Source: Paraspadella gotoi
Lineage: Eukaryota; Animalia; Chaetognatha
Length of the DNA stretch: 64,000 nucleotides
Assembly (NCBI GenBank): GCA_051294375.1
Contig: CM119264.1
Location: 18,271,454 to 18,335,453, forward strand
Reading direction: 5' to 3'
The notes under the pieces are model-generated. The model was not told where the DNA came from, made no database searches, and worked only from the letters and a program-made list of their open reading frames with translations. Numbering within the stretch: position 1 is the stretch's first letter; each line of letters starts with the position of its first letter. The translations under genes and the position numbers were made by a program. Positions 1 through 52,823 of the stretch are shown here, piece after piece.

Positions 1-2843
1 GTTGACGAGACGAAAGAAAAACAGTTCGGACGACGTTAACGCCGACCGTAAAAGCATCGTCGCAGAGAATCTTGTTTTTCTTTTGTTTCCATTTCTGAGC
101 ATTCTTGTTTTTTTTTGGTGGCTTTTTTTCATAAGTTCCTTATGTTTTTTTTCAAAGTCCATATAAAAAAGGTATAAGCTTCGTATGCATAATGATTTAT
201 GTTTTGGTATAGATTATAGAAGCATATCCTTCGACATTTTTTCACTACATTACACTACCCATCACTCTTAGGTAAATGCAACTTCTCATAACCGTGAGCT
301 CAACTTGCTCCGTCAAACGGCGACTAAATAAATCTATCGTTAAACCACCCAAAACCACCCAAAACCACGCAAAACCAAGAGACCGACGCCAAAAATGGTG
401 CCGTTTCTCTTTCACTTGGTCGGCTTCGTCGATCGCGCGGCGTCGAGAAATGGCGGGAAAATTCGAATTTCAAACAAAAGACAAATTCGACGTCGTTCAT
501 TTTAACCGTGGCGGAAACGGGACAGAAAATACTGAAAGTCAAAGGAGATATTGACTTCTCTAGAGTCAAGTCCCAGTATCGAAAATAAATGAACGGATCC
601 AACTTATGCAAATAGTTTTGTTTTGACAGTGAATCACAATTGATGTCGCTAAAAGGGCATTCGGTAAAGCGGGCGCCTTGGTCTTAAAAGCGAATTCAGC
701 GAATTCATGGACGTTTAGTAGCACGTTCGATGGCGCGTGCGATGGGGCGTGCGATGGGGCGTGCGATGGCGCGTGAATAGTAGCGGCAATGAAGTCGACG
801 TTATGGGTTTTTAAATGTTCTTTTCGAGATTTATCAACTATTTAATTGCCTTTTCCGCTTTGTTCTCTATATAAGTTAACATTAAAAGACAGAAAGCTGT
901 TTCTGGCTGCAAAAATCTATAAGCAAACATTTAAAAAAAATAATAATAAATTCACTAAATTGACGCGTACCATAATGATAATATTAAAAAAAAAATCGAC
1001 GCGTGGGGATGCCTTATCGCTCTGACGCTTTTTTTTTTTTCGTTTTATTATTTCTTTTCCTTTTTTTAAATGTCTTTCAGCTTTTTCTCTTTTGTCTCTC
1101 GTCCGCTACACTGCGCCTTCTGTCTGAATTTGTCTTTCGGTAAACAAAAGCCTCACTTTAATTTCTCTCCGAGGACGACGCAGACGACGATAGAGACGAC
1201 GGTGATGGCGACGACGGCGAATACAAATTTTATTTTCTTCTTAACTCATTTTTCATCCTTTCTTTTATTTTCTGAAACGTCGATGCGTCGCTATAGCAAA
1301 CTTTTTTTCATGGTCGTTGGAAAAAAAAATTTATATAGCATATTTAGTTGGTGTCCAAAGATTAAAAATATTTATCATCGTTTTTAAATAAAACCTTTTT
1401 ACCAAAAAACAAAAGAGAAAGAATGAATAATAGAAAATCTGAGAATCCAGAAAATAAAGAAATAAAAAAAAATTAATAATAACATACAATTTTTTAAGCA
1501 TATTCTATGAATGTTTGAATCCCCAGAAATATAGCCTTTTGTAGTTTGGGCCATTGTTTCTAAATTACTCTGCTGCCTTTCTTTTTCGGCGATAATCTCT
1601 AATGAAAACACAAACAAAACAAATTCTCGTTCTTTTTTTTTGTTTTTTTTTTAACTGGACGGAATGTGGGGACAATGACAACCCTTCCGTATAATTTAAG
1701 TTTGTAGAGAAATTCGGAAATATTATTTCCCCATCTACATGATTACTTGAGGATAATTGTCAACGTTACTTCTATTTTTCAGTTACTTTTTCAAACTTTT
1801 CAAACGAAGCCAAACACTTTTGAGAGCCGGGAAGAGATCTCTCTCCAAATTTTTTTCTTCCTTTTGCGTCTGTTTTTACGCCAGTTTGTTGACTGTCAAT
1901 TTCGTTTGGAGGAGAAAAAAAAAAAGGGCGCGTTTTTGGACTCGAGACTCTGGAGAGGCTGAAAACCTCGAAGGGGGTTGGCGGCGAGAGTCTCGTGGCC
2001 GACGTCCGCGCGGGAAAATTGAATCGAGAATCGGGTCTTTCAAAGGAAAAATGTGATGGAAAAATAATACCGTGTGAAATTGTAAGCGACGCTATTTCAC
2101 TGCTCATAAAAAAACTTGAAAGAAAAAAAATATATAGTCGCTAATCGAGTTTCGAGAAATGAGTTAAAAAGGGAAAAAGGGAAGGAGGAAGATATGTGTG
2201 TAGAGATTGAAATATGTGTGGAGATGGAGATGGGGCTAAAAGAAGAGATGGTGAATGAAATAAAGAGATGGCGGGGTTGTCTGTTCTCGGGTCACGTCGG
2301 ACAAGGACCAATTTCCCCCGCTTCCGTCGATGGCAAACCTCGGTTTAGCGCGAAGGCTAGCAGAGATGACCGCCACGCTACCGGCCACACCCTGATTTCT
2401 TGGCCGCCACCACCGCCACCTCGTCACAGAGAAAAAAAAAGCATCTGACGACCAACAAAAGGAAAAATATGGGGAAAAATATGACCGCATTGCAAAAGGA
2501 GGGAGAAGGAGTGGAGATTCGAAGGTAAAGCTTAAAGGGCATTAAGAAAACAAATATATCATAAGGATCATGCTAAGTAAAGCTGGCAGTTAACTTTTAT
2601 GTTACAATCAATGATAGCGAATAAACAAAACATTGCAAAACATAACATCATACGTAATATATATAATAATATATTATAAAATGTGTATCATAATTGATAT
2701 CGTGATTTCCGTCTTTGCGTGGGAAAACGTCTTGCGCCTGCATCGTTATATCAAGAGGTATGGCCTGTCCTGGGATTCGCCAGATGGTTCGCCAGTTTGA
2801 GTCCCGAGGGAAGGACTCGCTACATATTCCATGAGGAGGGCGA

Positions 2844-2957
<114 letters not shown>

Positions 2958-3162
2958 AATAGATGCTAATCGAGTTAAAAAAGGAAGATAAGCAATTTAG
3001 AGGATGGCGTTGACTCAAAGGACGCCAACCGGAAGTCGACTTCGGAAGATGGAACCGGAAGTCGGGGTGGCATCGGTCGACGCCATATTGGGTCGGAGCG
3101 ACCGAGGGTGTGGGAACTAGAATTTAAATGGATTTAAATATTTTCATAATATACATAATATC

Positions 3163-3372
<210 letters not shown>

Positions 3373-3623
3373 CGCCTCTTTTTTCTCTCCTTCTCATATC
3401 TCGCTAAAAGATTTTTTACGTCGACATTTTTTCGGTCGCGAAAAAAAAGGCAATAAATTAATGGCGTTTATGTTGCGCCTGCGCGAGAAGGGCGCCATCT
3501 CGATGACGGAGGTGCGAATGAAAACAAAAGACGCAAGAAAAAAAATAGAAATAGAAAAAAGCGGTGAATATAAAGAGAGAGAGAGAGAGAGAGAACGAGA
3601 GAAAGAGAACGAGAGAAAGAGAA

Positions 3624-3690
<67 letters not shown>

Positions 3691-5489
3691 GAAAGAGAGA
3701 GAGAAAGAGAGAGACAAAAAAGTAAAAGAAAGTAAAAGGGAAGAAAAAGAAAATGGCGTCGGTTGATGTATGGCGACGACGCGCCCGCTTTGATCTTATC
3801 CTGAATTATGACAGAATTCATTCCATCGTCGACACTGGGGACGACGACGGGGAGGGAGGAACGCTTCCAGGTTGTTTGCGGGAAGAGGGGGGCGGATGGG
3901 GGGGAGAGAGATAGGCTTGATTGCGGAGACGCTTTGCTGACTCGAAGGTGTCGAGAGAGGGTAGGAGTGGATTAGCGCTAGTCTGGGAGATATGCTTCGA
4001 ATAGTTAATTACTTTTCTTAGTGAGTGTTTTAGATTCATTGGAGGTGAAAATCGTGTTTTTTTTTTCTTCCTAAATGTCTTTCTCGATCCCGCTGCAACT
4101 CACCTCTCCTTTTTTTCGTGCCCATCGCGGCCTCGAACCCCCAGTAACGTCTTGAGCTTTTCCACGTGTCATCGCAATCGCGTCGCTGACGTAAGCGTCG
4201 CCTCTTTTATTAGTTTCCAACGGATTTTGGGCTGAAGTCGTCGCTCTCCAACGAAAGGGCTCTCCCTCAGCCAGTTCGACTTTAAAGGGCGGTTCGAAAC
4301 GGCCTTGGATGCTACCATCGGCTTTCAAGGTTGAGTTTTAAAAAGTTTTTAAAAAAATGTATAATGTAATCAGCGAGATTCCCTTCTTTTTCGCACCTCT
4401 TCCTCCTCCAGCTCGTCTTCTTCTTCCTCCTCTTCTTCTTCCTCCTTCCGATTTTATCTAATCTTTCTTCATCACCCGACGTCTTCTTTCCTTCGAAAAA
4501 CTTTCTCACTCCCGTTTTCTTTCTCTTTAAGTTTTCACCTTCAACCTTTTTGTTAGCAACCCGTTCTAGTATTATTCCGGCTCTGTAATTTACTTTGTTG
4601 GTCCGTCGGTCCGCCCCTTCCATCCTGTCGGTTATGTCAGAACATCAAATTATGATAAATTATGCAAAAAACAAAATAAATGATGTCCGTCCGCGGGCGT
4701 CCCCCCTCAGCAATGAACGCCAACCACTAAATGAGTTTAAATGGAAAATATAAAAAAGCTGTTTCACTATTTGATTATGCTTTTAATTTTTGTATTAAAT
4801 GAAAATGCAAACTGTAATGATTAATTACTTAATCAATTAATTAATAAATAAATTAATGATAAACTAATGATCGTGGGCATTTACATCTACTATGAAAAAT
4901 AATAAAAATAAATTAAACATTAATTAATTAATAATAAAATAATTAAATAATACATTATTAACTAATTTATTAACTGGTTACCGCTTGTGATTGTGGGCAG
5001 ATCCGGTATTGTTTGCTCAAACTTGTTTTTTCTGTAGATTTCTTAATTTGTCTTTATCAGTATTTTTTTCATCAGGTTCCTAATTATTCCAAAACTGTAT
5101 TTTTTCATCAGGTTCCTAATAACTCTACAACTTTTTTAATAATGTATAGTTCTTTTTTTATTTTTCGTATCACTCTTCCTGCCCCTAATTCTTTTCCTTC
5201 CTCACAACATTCTTCACAAATCTTCTTCCCTTCTTTTCCCCAGGGCGCTCTTGGAACACCCCCGTAGTAACGTTTCACAACCTTCTCTTTTTCTTTCGCT
5301 TTTCTAATGCCTCTCTCTCGCTCTCTCTCTGTGGCACTGGCATCTCGTCGTGGCATCTGGGCGTGGCGCGCTCTGGCGGCAACGACGGCGCCATTTACAT
5401 CGCGCCATCTACCTTATCGCCGCATCCGGAGAAATGATGGATCTTTTGTTTGCGCCTTTCCTTCACGAGACGCCGCCACCTCTCTATCT

Positions 5490-5553
<64 letters not shown>

Positions 5554-6927
5554 CTCTCTCTCTCTTCTCTCTCTCTCTCTCTCTCGTTCCCAAAGCTTTG
5601 GTTCAGATTTTAGCTGCTTTCGCATATTCATTATTGCAGAATAACAAACAATTCTAGCGAACATGACGAGACAGAAACCTTTTATCATATCCTTGAAGCA
5701 AAGAAGGGCCTAATCGTTTTTAGTTAGTTGTAACTTTTATTGAATTCGACAATCAGTGGAAGCGAGTATGTTGGCAATTAAGTTTGCCTTTTATCTAAGT
5801 CGGCAGCAAATGACACAGTATCGGGGTGAAAAAAATTGAGAAGTTAAACTTAAGAACCGCGTTACAAAGCGTATCGTTAAATAAAAACACGTAATTTTGA
5901 TTGAATTCGCGTCCGAGGGTCTTGATAATTATCGCTCGTTCGATATGAACTAATTTACATTACGTCTAAGACTTTTAATAGTGTCGTTCTAAATTTCGGC
6001 GGCGTTATATCGACCCTCGAACGTAATTGATTCAATCGAATTTAAGTAATTGACGTCGTTGACGCCGATGTCGCTATCGTGGGCGTAGAGAACGTCATTG
6101 GCGCCGATCACGTTATGGGACGTTACCGGCGTTGGTTCGTCATCGCGAGTGAATCTGAAGTTAATAAGAAAAAGTTATTTAAGTTAAAAGTTATTTAAAT
6201 TTTTTTTTGTTTTGAAAGAAAAATAAATACCTTTATTCTTAGACCGAAAAAAAAGAAGTTTTCAATGTTTCATTCTGCTACTAAAAGGGAAAATAGCAAA
6301 CTATCGAAAGTAAGTTTTAGCCTAGAGTAATGAACGAAAGAGATTTAACATAATTTCATAGCAAACAGACAAAATTTCAGACTCCCCAGAAGCGAAAAGA
6401 GAGAGATGCGGGAACGCTTTAGAATCACTCTCCAACTTTTATCTCTCATTCGAGAAAATAATTCAATTTTAGCGGAAAAAACAAAAAAACTCGAGCGAGA
6501 AAGAAAAAAAAAGGGAGACGAGGAAGCGATGGGTGAAGCCTTTTTTTTTTCTTTGAGACTCTCCACGGGCGGAGGCTACGAATCGACCGACGACAACATT
6601 TGCCAAACGGCCACTTTCGCCCAAAATAAACTTCTTGGAGGCGGTGGGTGGGGAGAGACGGACAAACACCCTAGTTTTTTTTTCACTGGGTATGTCTATG
6701 GGTGATACTTCGTTAAGAAGGGAGGAAAACAATGTCTCAAACATCACGGGTCTCGGGTCTTGGAAACGATATTGTATTTAGAAAATAATAAAAGTGCACC
6801 TTTTTGAGTTGTGGCTAAAAACTTGGGACAACTGGACACTCGCCCATACTCACCGGAAACTTGGGTGAGACTAAACAACGTCTCTTCCTCCTCCGTTCAC
6901 CAGATGGCGTTCGTTGATTGGCTCTCG

Positions 6928-7017
<90 letters not shown>

Positions 7018-7734
7018 TCCGCCCCTCCGGCCACCAAAAGCGGAAGCTCGTGAATAATTGATGAAATTCGTATTTTATTGGGGAACGGTTGGAGAACGGT
7101 GGCACTTGGATGTTTTTCTTATTCATGATTCTCTCGACTCGTTCCAAGGGGAGGGGCGCCGTCGGGAGAGCGTTCGGGAGTGGCTTCCGGTGGAAGGGGG
7201 AGTGGCTGAGAGGACGCGTCGATGCCGCGTCGCGCGTCGAAGGTGGCGCTCGAGGCAATTTACGACTCCTCCACGACGCCGACTCCACAATTTCGGTTTA
7301 AAATGCGATTTGTGTTCTGTTTTTTTTTATTTGTTTTTTTTTTTTTTTAAATTTGTTTTAATAACCGCGTTTTGCGATAGAGTTTCTTTTCTTTTTTTGC
7401 TCGTTATTTTTTTGGCGACTGTTGTTTTGCGGGGATGGAACCGCGTACAAAAATGACGACGTTCAGGAAGACGGATATTATTCCAAAAGAACTGAGAAAG
7501 TTGATTGAGCATAAAGCATGAGCCTGTTGGATTCGTTGGATTGAGCCGGATATATCGAGTCAATTTTCTCCAATCAGACGAAGACGAGACGAATTTCAAA
7601 GCGAAAGAAATCTGCGAAAAAAAATGATTGAGTCAGACTTGACTCATTTCGAGTTGAAGACGTCGTGACATCCTTATTCCCTACCTGATCTGTACAAAAC
7701 GAATACAAAGCGAAGAAAGAAACGAGCAACAAGG

Positions 7735-10121
7735 TCAACGAGAAAGGGTGACTCGAACAAGAGCGCCTCCCGACGAATCATGTTGGATCGCGGCCACTAG
7801 ACCTTGCGCAGACGCCCCAACTGCGCTCGAACGGAGCCACAGCTGTAGTACTGGGCGTTGGTGTCGCTCAAAGTCGTGTGAGACTTGAAGGAGTTCCTGG
7901 TCGGAGAAGGAAGGGGAGGGTTTACAGAAAAAGGCAAACGTGATGTTCGGATTTGGCGACTTTCCCACATCGAAAAATCTAATTGAATTATGTAGAATTC
8001 GTTTTGAACAAAAACAACGAACAACTTATTCGTTTAATTTTATAATATCGTCAGAAAAAAAACTCTTTTTTATAAGAATCATAAATTTGTTGTCCAAACC
8101 TTTTTCTCTTGACGAATCTCGACTCCTTAGGAACCAAGTCCGAGTCAGAAGGCTCCGGGATTGAATCGATTCGGGCCATAATTTCCTAAAACAAAACAAA
8201 ATGTCGTCGACAAAATATTTTGAAGACCAGGGATTCAGACACAACTTGCATAAGTGGCAACAATTTCGTTGAATCCAAGTCAAGACAGCACAGAGCTCAG
8301 GGGGAAAAAAGCAGCCAAAAGCTGCAAAGCTGCAAAACTCTTCCGCAGTCTTTGGTTTCGTTTTCCCTTTTTTTATATTTTTTTTTTTTTTCGTGAATGG
8401 CAGCGGGTCGAAAGGCCAAGGGAAGGTACGTCACCGTGGGTAGCGGGAGGAGGGGGTACGCTTGGTATCTTTTTTTTTGGCAGGGGCGTTGGTTTTTTAA
8501 TTTTCGAAAGGTAGTTTGGGTGAAAAGAGGTGAGTTGAGGTCATTGGGTTAAGTAGAAAACAGTGGGAAAAAACGGATAAAAAAAAAAAACAAATATAGA
8601 GGTAAAGAAAAAATCTTTCGAAACATTTGAAAGATTTCTCGCAAATATAAAAAGAGAAGGTTGAGGCGAAAAGTAAGGAAAAAGAGCCTCACCTTCTCGC
8701 ATTCTCGCTTGTAATGGTAGAAAGATACCTCTTGCGTCACTTCCAACGCGTAACAGCTGCGCCGTGACATTTTCGGTCCTGCGCTCGTCGCTGGGGTCGC
8801 CGTCGATGCTGCTCCTGACGCGGAAGATCTTTGCTGCGGCGCCGAAAATCCGCGGGACGTCGACTGACCTGAAAAGGGAAATGTGATGAGGAAAGGAGAG
8901 TGATTTCTATGGGGTCGGAGGCCAATGAATGACGAAGAAAGAAAAGAAGTAAAAAGGTAGGAGAGAAACCAAAATCCAGAAGTAACTAATCCGACAATAA
9001 CTGCTAAAAGAATAAGAAAAATTATGCGCGAATAACATTTCGATAGGAATTTCCGTAATGCACAGGAGAAATAAAAGCTGAAAAAAGAAACAGAAAATAA
9101 AAGAAAGAAAGAAAAAAAAATAAAGAACGAAAGAAAGAAAGTAAGAAAAAAGAAAGAAAAAAGAGATAATTGGAAAACGATGGGAAATTGGGGAGAAGCG
9201 TCGGGATCGAGGACGAAAGCCAACCAACAAATGACCATCGATCCATCGAACAAATGATCAAGCATAAATTGAGGAGAGACAGAAAAAGAGAAAGAAAGAA
9301 AGAAAGAAAGAAAGAGAGCAAAAAAAAAAAAAGGAAAAAAGGACTCAGTGGAAGGAGATACAAAGAAAAATAGAACAAGAAGGAAAAAAACCAAAGATGA
9401 GAAGAAAAAAGAAGAGAGTAGAGAATTCATTTCTCAAAAAAGAGCTCAATGGAAGGAATTACAAATCATAGAGAAAAAGATTAACGAAAGCAAAATGATA
9501 ATACGTAATACGACGTGTGAAAAGTGTGAAAAGAAAAAGCAAAGAAAGAGAACAAATAAAGGACACTTGACTATGTGTGATATAAAAGCCAGGGAGAAAA
9601 AGAGAGTGAGAGAGAAACGGAAGATCAAGTTAAAATTCGATCCGAACTTTCGAAAATTAAAAAAAAAAAGTGAGATTAATTCGAAACAGCCTCGGCGTTT
9701 AAATTCAATATGATTTGTTTTTCGGCCCTGGGCCGCCGATTAAATAATTAATATTTTTCCATAGTTACAGAAATATTTTTGTCCAGGTTAAAAAGATGCT
9801 TATAAAGCTTTGAGGAGCGTGGAGTTGGCCACCTAGAATAGCAATAAAATAAACTACTTTTCAAAGCTAAACTCAGTATAATATTTTTGTCATCATAATT
9901 TGTAAACTAAAAAAGGGCGAAATAAAACTTAAACAATAAGAATTTAAGTGTCGCTGTATTTGCGAAAAAAAATAACGACCTCCAAAAAATAAAATAAAAT
10001 AAAAAGAAATTGATTAAAAAAGACAATTTGTGATTTTTGAAAACTTTCGCAAAATTTTGAACGACGGCAACGACGTTAATAACGACGACGACGACGATTC
10101 TCGCGATGGTTACTTCGACGA

Positions 10122-10162
<41 letters not shown>

Positions 10163-10314
10163 GCGACGACGACGAAGTTTACCTGTTGCCCCGAAACTCG
10201 ATAGGAAAATTTCGCTCTCCAGCAAAACTGAACTGAGCGTTGATGATGTTGGGGTTGGTGGGCCTGGAGTAATGGGTTGAAGAGAAGGCAGTCGCCGTCG
10301 CAGATAAATTGTGA
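7735..10314 (-). CDS. Putative 3' part of an unidentified multi-exon gene (exons 10314-10183, 8868-8693, 7896-7735)
   Basis: Three GC-richer islands with pyrimidine-tract AG acceptors and GTAAAC/GTGAGG donors. Phases 1/1/0 join into one open frame: ...PITPGPPTPTSSTLSSVLLESEIFLSSFGATGQSTSRGF...KMSRRSCYALEVTQEVSFYHYKRECEKELLQVSHDF...VRVTLSR*. No family recognised and no start found. Confidence 0.4.
10082..10175. repeat. Imperfect (GAC)n trinucleotide repeat
   Basis: gacgacgac... run directly visible. It gives the spurious poly-Asp ORF 10030-10236. Confidence 0.85.
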
Positions 10315-11220
10315 CTGGATAGGTGAGCTTGAAGAAGATAGTTAGGACTAAGATTGTTGCATATATATGTAGTGGATGAAAAAAAAACGTATAAAATTAA
10401 CATCAACAATATCTATTTCGTCCGGGGTTTAAACAGCAATCAAATAAACTCGCTGGTTGATAACGGTGCTACCAATTGTAGGCTATTGTAACCATTTGTA
10501 ACCGAGTTTATAAGTCATCTAACATAGGTTTACGCGGCCTTTAAGAACCCGAGTCTGTCTCCCTTCGGGCGAACGCAGAGCGCATCGCCTTCCGTCCGAA
10601 AAAAAAAACCGATTGAAGAGGAAAAAATGAAAACGAAAAATTCGAGGCGCTCGGACAAAATGGGGACGAGGTTGAACATTCAGGGCGGGACGAAAGAGGA
10701 ACCCCACCCCCTCGCCCTCCGACCGAACCAAAAAACTATCGTGATATCAACGACCCAACTATCGCTTTCCCCTCGCCCCCCCCTCCACATCCCACCCTCG
10801 CGGGGAAGAGCGAAGCCCCGATCAGTTCGACGAGGATCAAACCGAATGATTAATGGCGCACCTACCGAGGGTGTTGTTTTTCGGGGAGAGGGGTGGCGAA
10901 GGAGGGGGTGCTCACTGGTCAGGGTGGCTACTGAGGGCGGTATTGACCCGGAATTATTGGGGAGAGTGAAACGACTGCACTCCTTAGAACCCCATGGGGC
11001 ATTTAAAGATCGGTAATGCGGGGTGACGAACACGCAGCTCGGTATGCAGAGTGGAGGAGAAGCGATGGGGAGGATAAAGGTTTTCGCTCGGGGAGTGACC
11101 CAATCCTGTTTGTAGGGAGATGAAGGATGATGTGGAAGAGTGACGCTCGAATTTGGGAGAGATTCGAGTGGGGGGTGATTAGAGAGGGAGCAAGTAAAAA
11201 GTGAGAAATGAAAAAAGGAT

Positions 11221-11285
<65 letters not shown>

Positions 11286-11681
11286 TGAATGATTTGGTTC
11301 GGAGAAAACGGGAATGTGTTGGAATGCGATCACGAATCCAACAGATAAGAAACGAAGTCGACGCAAATGTTTTTCTCTTCTAACACTTTGAGTTATCCAA
11401 ACGCTTTGTCAGTTAAAATAGTCGATGCTTTCCGTGTTTCGTGAAATGTACTTTTATAACGATGCAGGAAACCATTAAACTATATATATATATACATATA
11501 TAAATTTATGTTCATATCGTTATTTATGAAACATTTTTTAAAACACCAATTGAATTTGCTCTAAGGCAATATTAAAGGATATTTTTCGGCCTCTATGACG
11601 CTTTTAAACCCATTTACGGTCACCTTCTCGGCGATGGCGCGAGATTTTCACAGTTCCACGCTCTTTCTCATTCCCCCTCTC

Positions 11682-11775
<94 letters not shown>

Positions 11776-14023
11776 TCGCCGACAAAGCTCTCGATAACGA
11801 ATCCGATTATGATGACCATTTTTCTTGCCACCGAAGTATTTGTGAAAGACAAGAAGAAAAAAGAAAAAAACCTAAGTCGAAACAAAGGAGAAAACAAAGC
11901 GAGAGAAAATGGAAACGACAGAGGAAAAAATGACAAGAAAAAGATTCACATCCTTTTTGCAGCTGAAAAAAAGGGGAAAAAAGGAAGAAAACAAAAAAAG
12001 GAAGCGAAAATGTCGAATTGCTAAAAAAAAAGGGGAGAAGTTTTTCTCGCCTGCGCGTTTAAGAGGCTTTACCGCTTGCGTACGAGGCGGGAGGGGAAAG
12101 ACTAAGAGACCTCCGAATGCCCACGCCGAAAAAACCCTGGGGTGCATATTGAAGTTTTCTTTCCCGCTTTTTAGAAGTTGTTCAACATTCTTCAAAATAG
12201 TTTAAATATTATTTCTAGATGACGCAGTTATAGTAAACATTTTCCCGACATCTCCCGAAATAACATTAAACATAACTTAAACTGAAACTTTAAAAAAATT
12301 TCTGATCCTCAACGATCGATCGTCCATTGAGGATCTGAATTCCTTGGGAAAATAATTACGATCAGTTCGAATGCCGTAAAGTCCGTAAACCCAGAGGTTA
12401 AACGCCGTAAAAATAGTTGGAATTAAAAGCCATTAGGATTTCGTTCGGTCAAAAAGCAAATATCAAAAATTGTTCAGTTTCTGTAAAAAATATTCCATTA
12501 CATAAAGCCGTTTTAAAGTCATGGTCAAAAAAGCCCAGTTGATTGAATGAATAATTTTTATATTGCTTGTACCAATTTCATAGACGCATATATTTATACT
12601 ACGAGCAAAGCTTATCAAACGACACTTTTAATGGACAACGCATTCGCGATTGTTCGCAATTTGTATTTACTTTTATACTTCGTTGTCGAGCTCATGAAAT
12701 CGAAAATTTAACTAATAAAAAGAAACAATCGAGCATCGGTCAATAAAAAATGTTTGGCGTGAATCGAGGCCGGATGACCGATGTTCCTCCCGAGGTGATT
12801 CGGCTTCGCTCCGATCGAGTCGCTCACAAGATCGATCATAACATTTCTTCGCTTGGTTGTTGTTCTCCTCGCTTTTGTTTTTCTGTTCCGTCGTTGTTCT
12901 TCTCGAGATGTTCTAGTCATTTCGACTCGTTTATCAAAATGAAACGAGAATCAAAATACGATAATCGTTGGGAATATAAACAAACCAAAGCTGATATAAA
13001 CAAAAGAGAATCCTAATTAATGAAGCGACGAAAGGGGAATGAGTCACGACAACATCGGTGCCATTATGCAATCACGTCTCAATCGTGCTAATTCTTTTAA
13101 ATTTAAGATAAGCACTCTCGAGTCAAAAAAATTAACCAGTATGACTTTTAATTGTCAAGAAATATTCCAATGATTTTGGTTACCCATTGTTGAAATGAAA
13201 TGCAATAACTTGATACCCAAATCGAGGGTAATTGCTATTTAACATTTCAATCCCACCTTCGACTGCCCGATCCGCGTGTCGCTCTCCTTTTGCACCCTCG
13301 CTGAAGCCGCATTTTTCCACGGCTGCCGTGCGTACTACGCGTACTACTGCGTACTCGCTGATCCATGCATCGGCGACGCCACGGGTCAATTCGTCTCCGC
13401 CGCGGGAGAAAAACTGCGCCTCGCGATTCGGGGATCCAGATTCCGCGATCCGCGACGACCCCGCGCGGCGCGCAAATTCAAATTCAGGAACGGAACTAGA
13501 GAGACGGGGGGAAAAGCGGGTGTGGATTGGAAGGGGGATCTAGTAGGGCGTGGGATAATGGATGGCGATCGGGAGGGGGAAGAGGCGCAGGAAGAGGGGA
13601 CTGTATGTGGAGGCGTTTTGAAGTGAATTGGACTTGGAGCAGAGGTGGCTAATCGGGTGAAAGGAAGAGAATTTAGGAAAGTAAAGGGAAAGGAGGGGAG
13701 GAATATAAAATCTATATATCTATATTATATATACTGTTATTGTGAATGAGATAGAATAGGAAGGAACGAAATAGTATCAGGACCTGTACCAACCGACCAG
13801 GACGTCGTCGTGGTCGTCGTCGTCAAACCAGAGCAAGGGGATTATACTTCAAACATTCTCGTCTGCGGGATGGCGAAAATGTGGTTAAGAGATGATCTTA
13901 ATCCCAGAAACCAGGAACGAAAACGAGCGGCGATAATATTTTTTACTTTTTCGTCTTAAAACATTAATAATGATCATCCTATCTTCTCTCCCTTTTTCTC
14001 TCACTCCTTTCCTATCTCTCCAG

Positions 14024-52280
<38,257 letters not shown>

Positions 52281-52628
52281 AAAAAACACTCAGTCTAAAA
52301 AAATGTATGAATTCTCAACAATCCCGATAATTTTCAAGTAATTATTCCTATCCCCATGACAATTGAATTTAAAACCAGAAAACTATTAAGAATATTCATT
52401 TTGTGGCTATTTTACTTTTATTAAATGCTGAAGTCACAAATAATAATTTGACAAATATACCTTACGAATCAATGGAATTTGAAATTTAATTATATGATAC
52501 ATATATAATTTTTTTTTAAAAATCGCGGATATGTACATCCTGATTCGGCGTTTTGAAAACCTTGATAAATATTTTTTTCTTCTTTCCATTTTTTTCTTTT
52601 TTTCTTTTTTTCTTTCTTTCTTTCTTTC

Positions 52629-52672
<44 letters not shown>

Positions 52673-52761
52673 TTTCTTTCTTTCTTTCTTTCTTTCTATC
52701 TTTTTTCTTCCTTTTCTCTTTCTTTTTTTCCTTCTTTCTTTGTTTCTTTCCTTCTCTTTTC

Positions 52762-52823
<62 letters not shown>

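Noticed and set aside
730-775. Four 12-bp tandem units gatgg(g/c)gcgtgc
   Set aside because: Short minisatellite without spacers. It is not a CRISPR array, and the DNA is eukaryotic.
2719-2841. Possible exon [30 protein letters not shown] as the missing channel 5' part
   Set aside because: No HG motif, TM1 or FPAVTxCN signature, and no clean splice sites.
8549-9430. 293-aa Phe/Leu/Ser-rich ORF resembling a multi-pass membrane protein
   Set aside because: Mostly a T-rich low-complexity intron. Only 8868-8693 looks like an exon.
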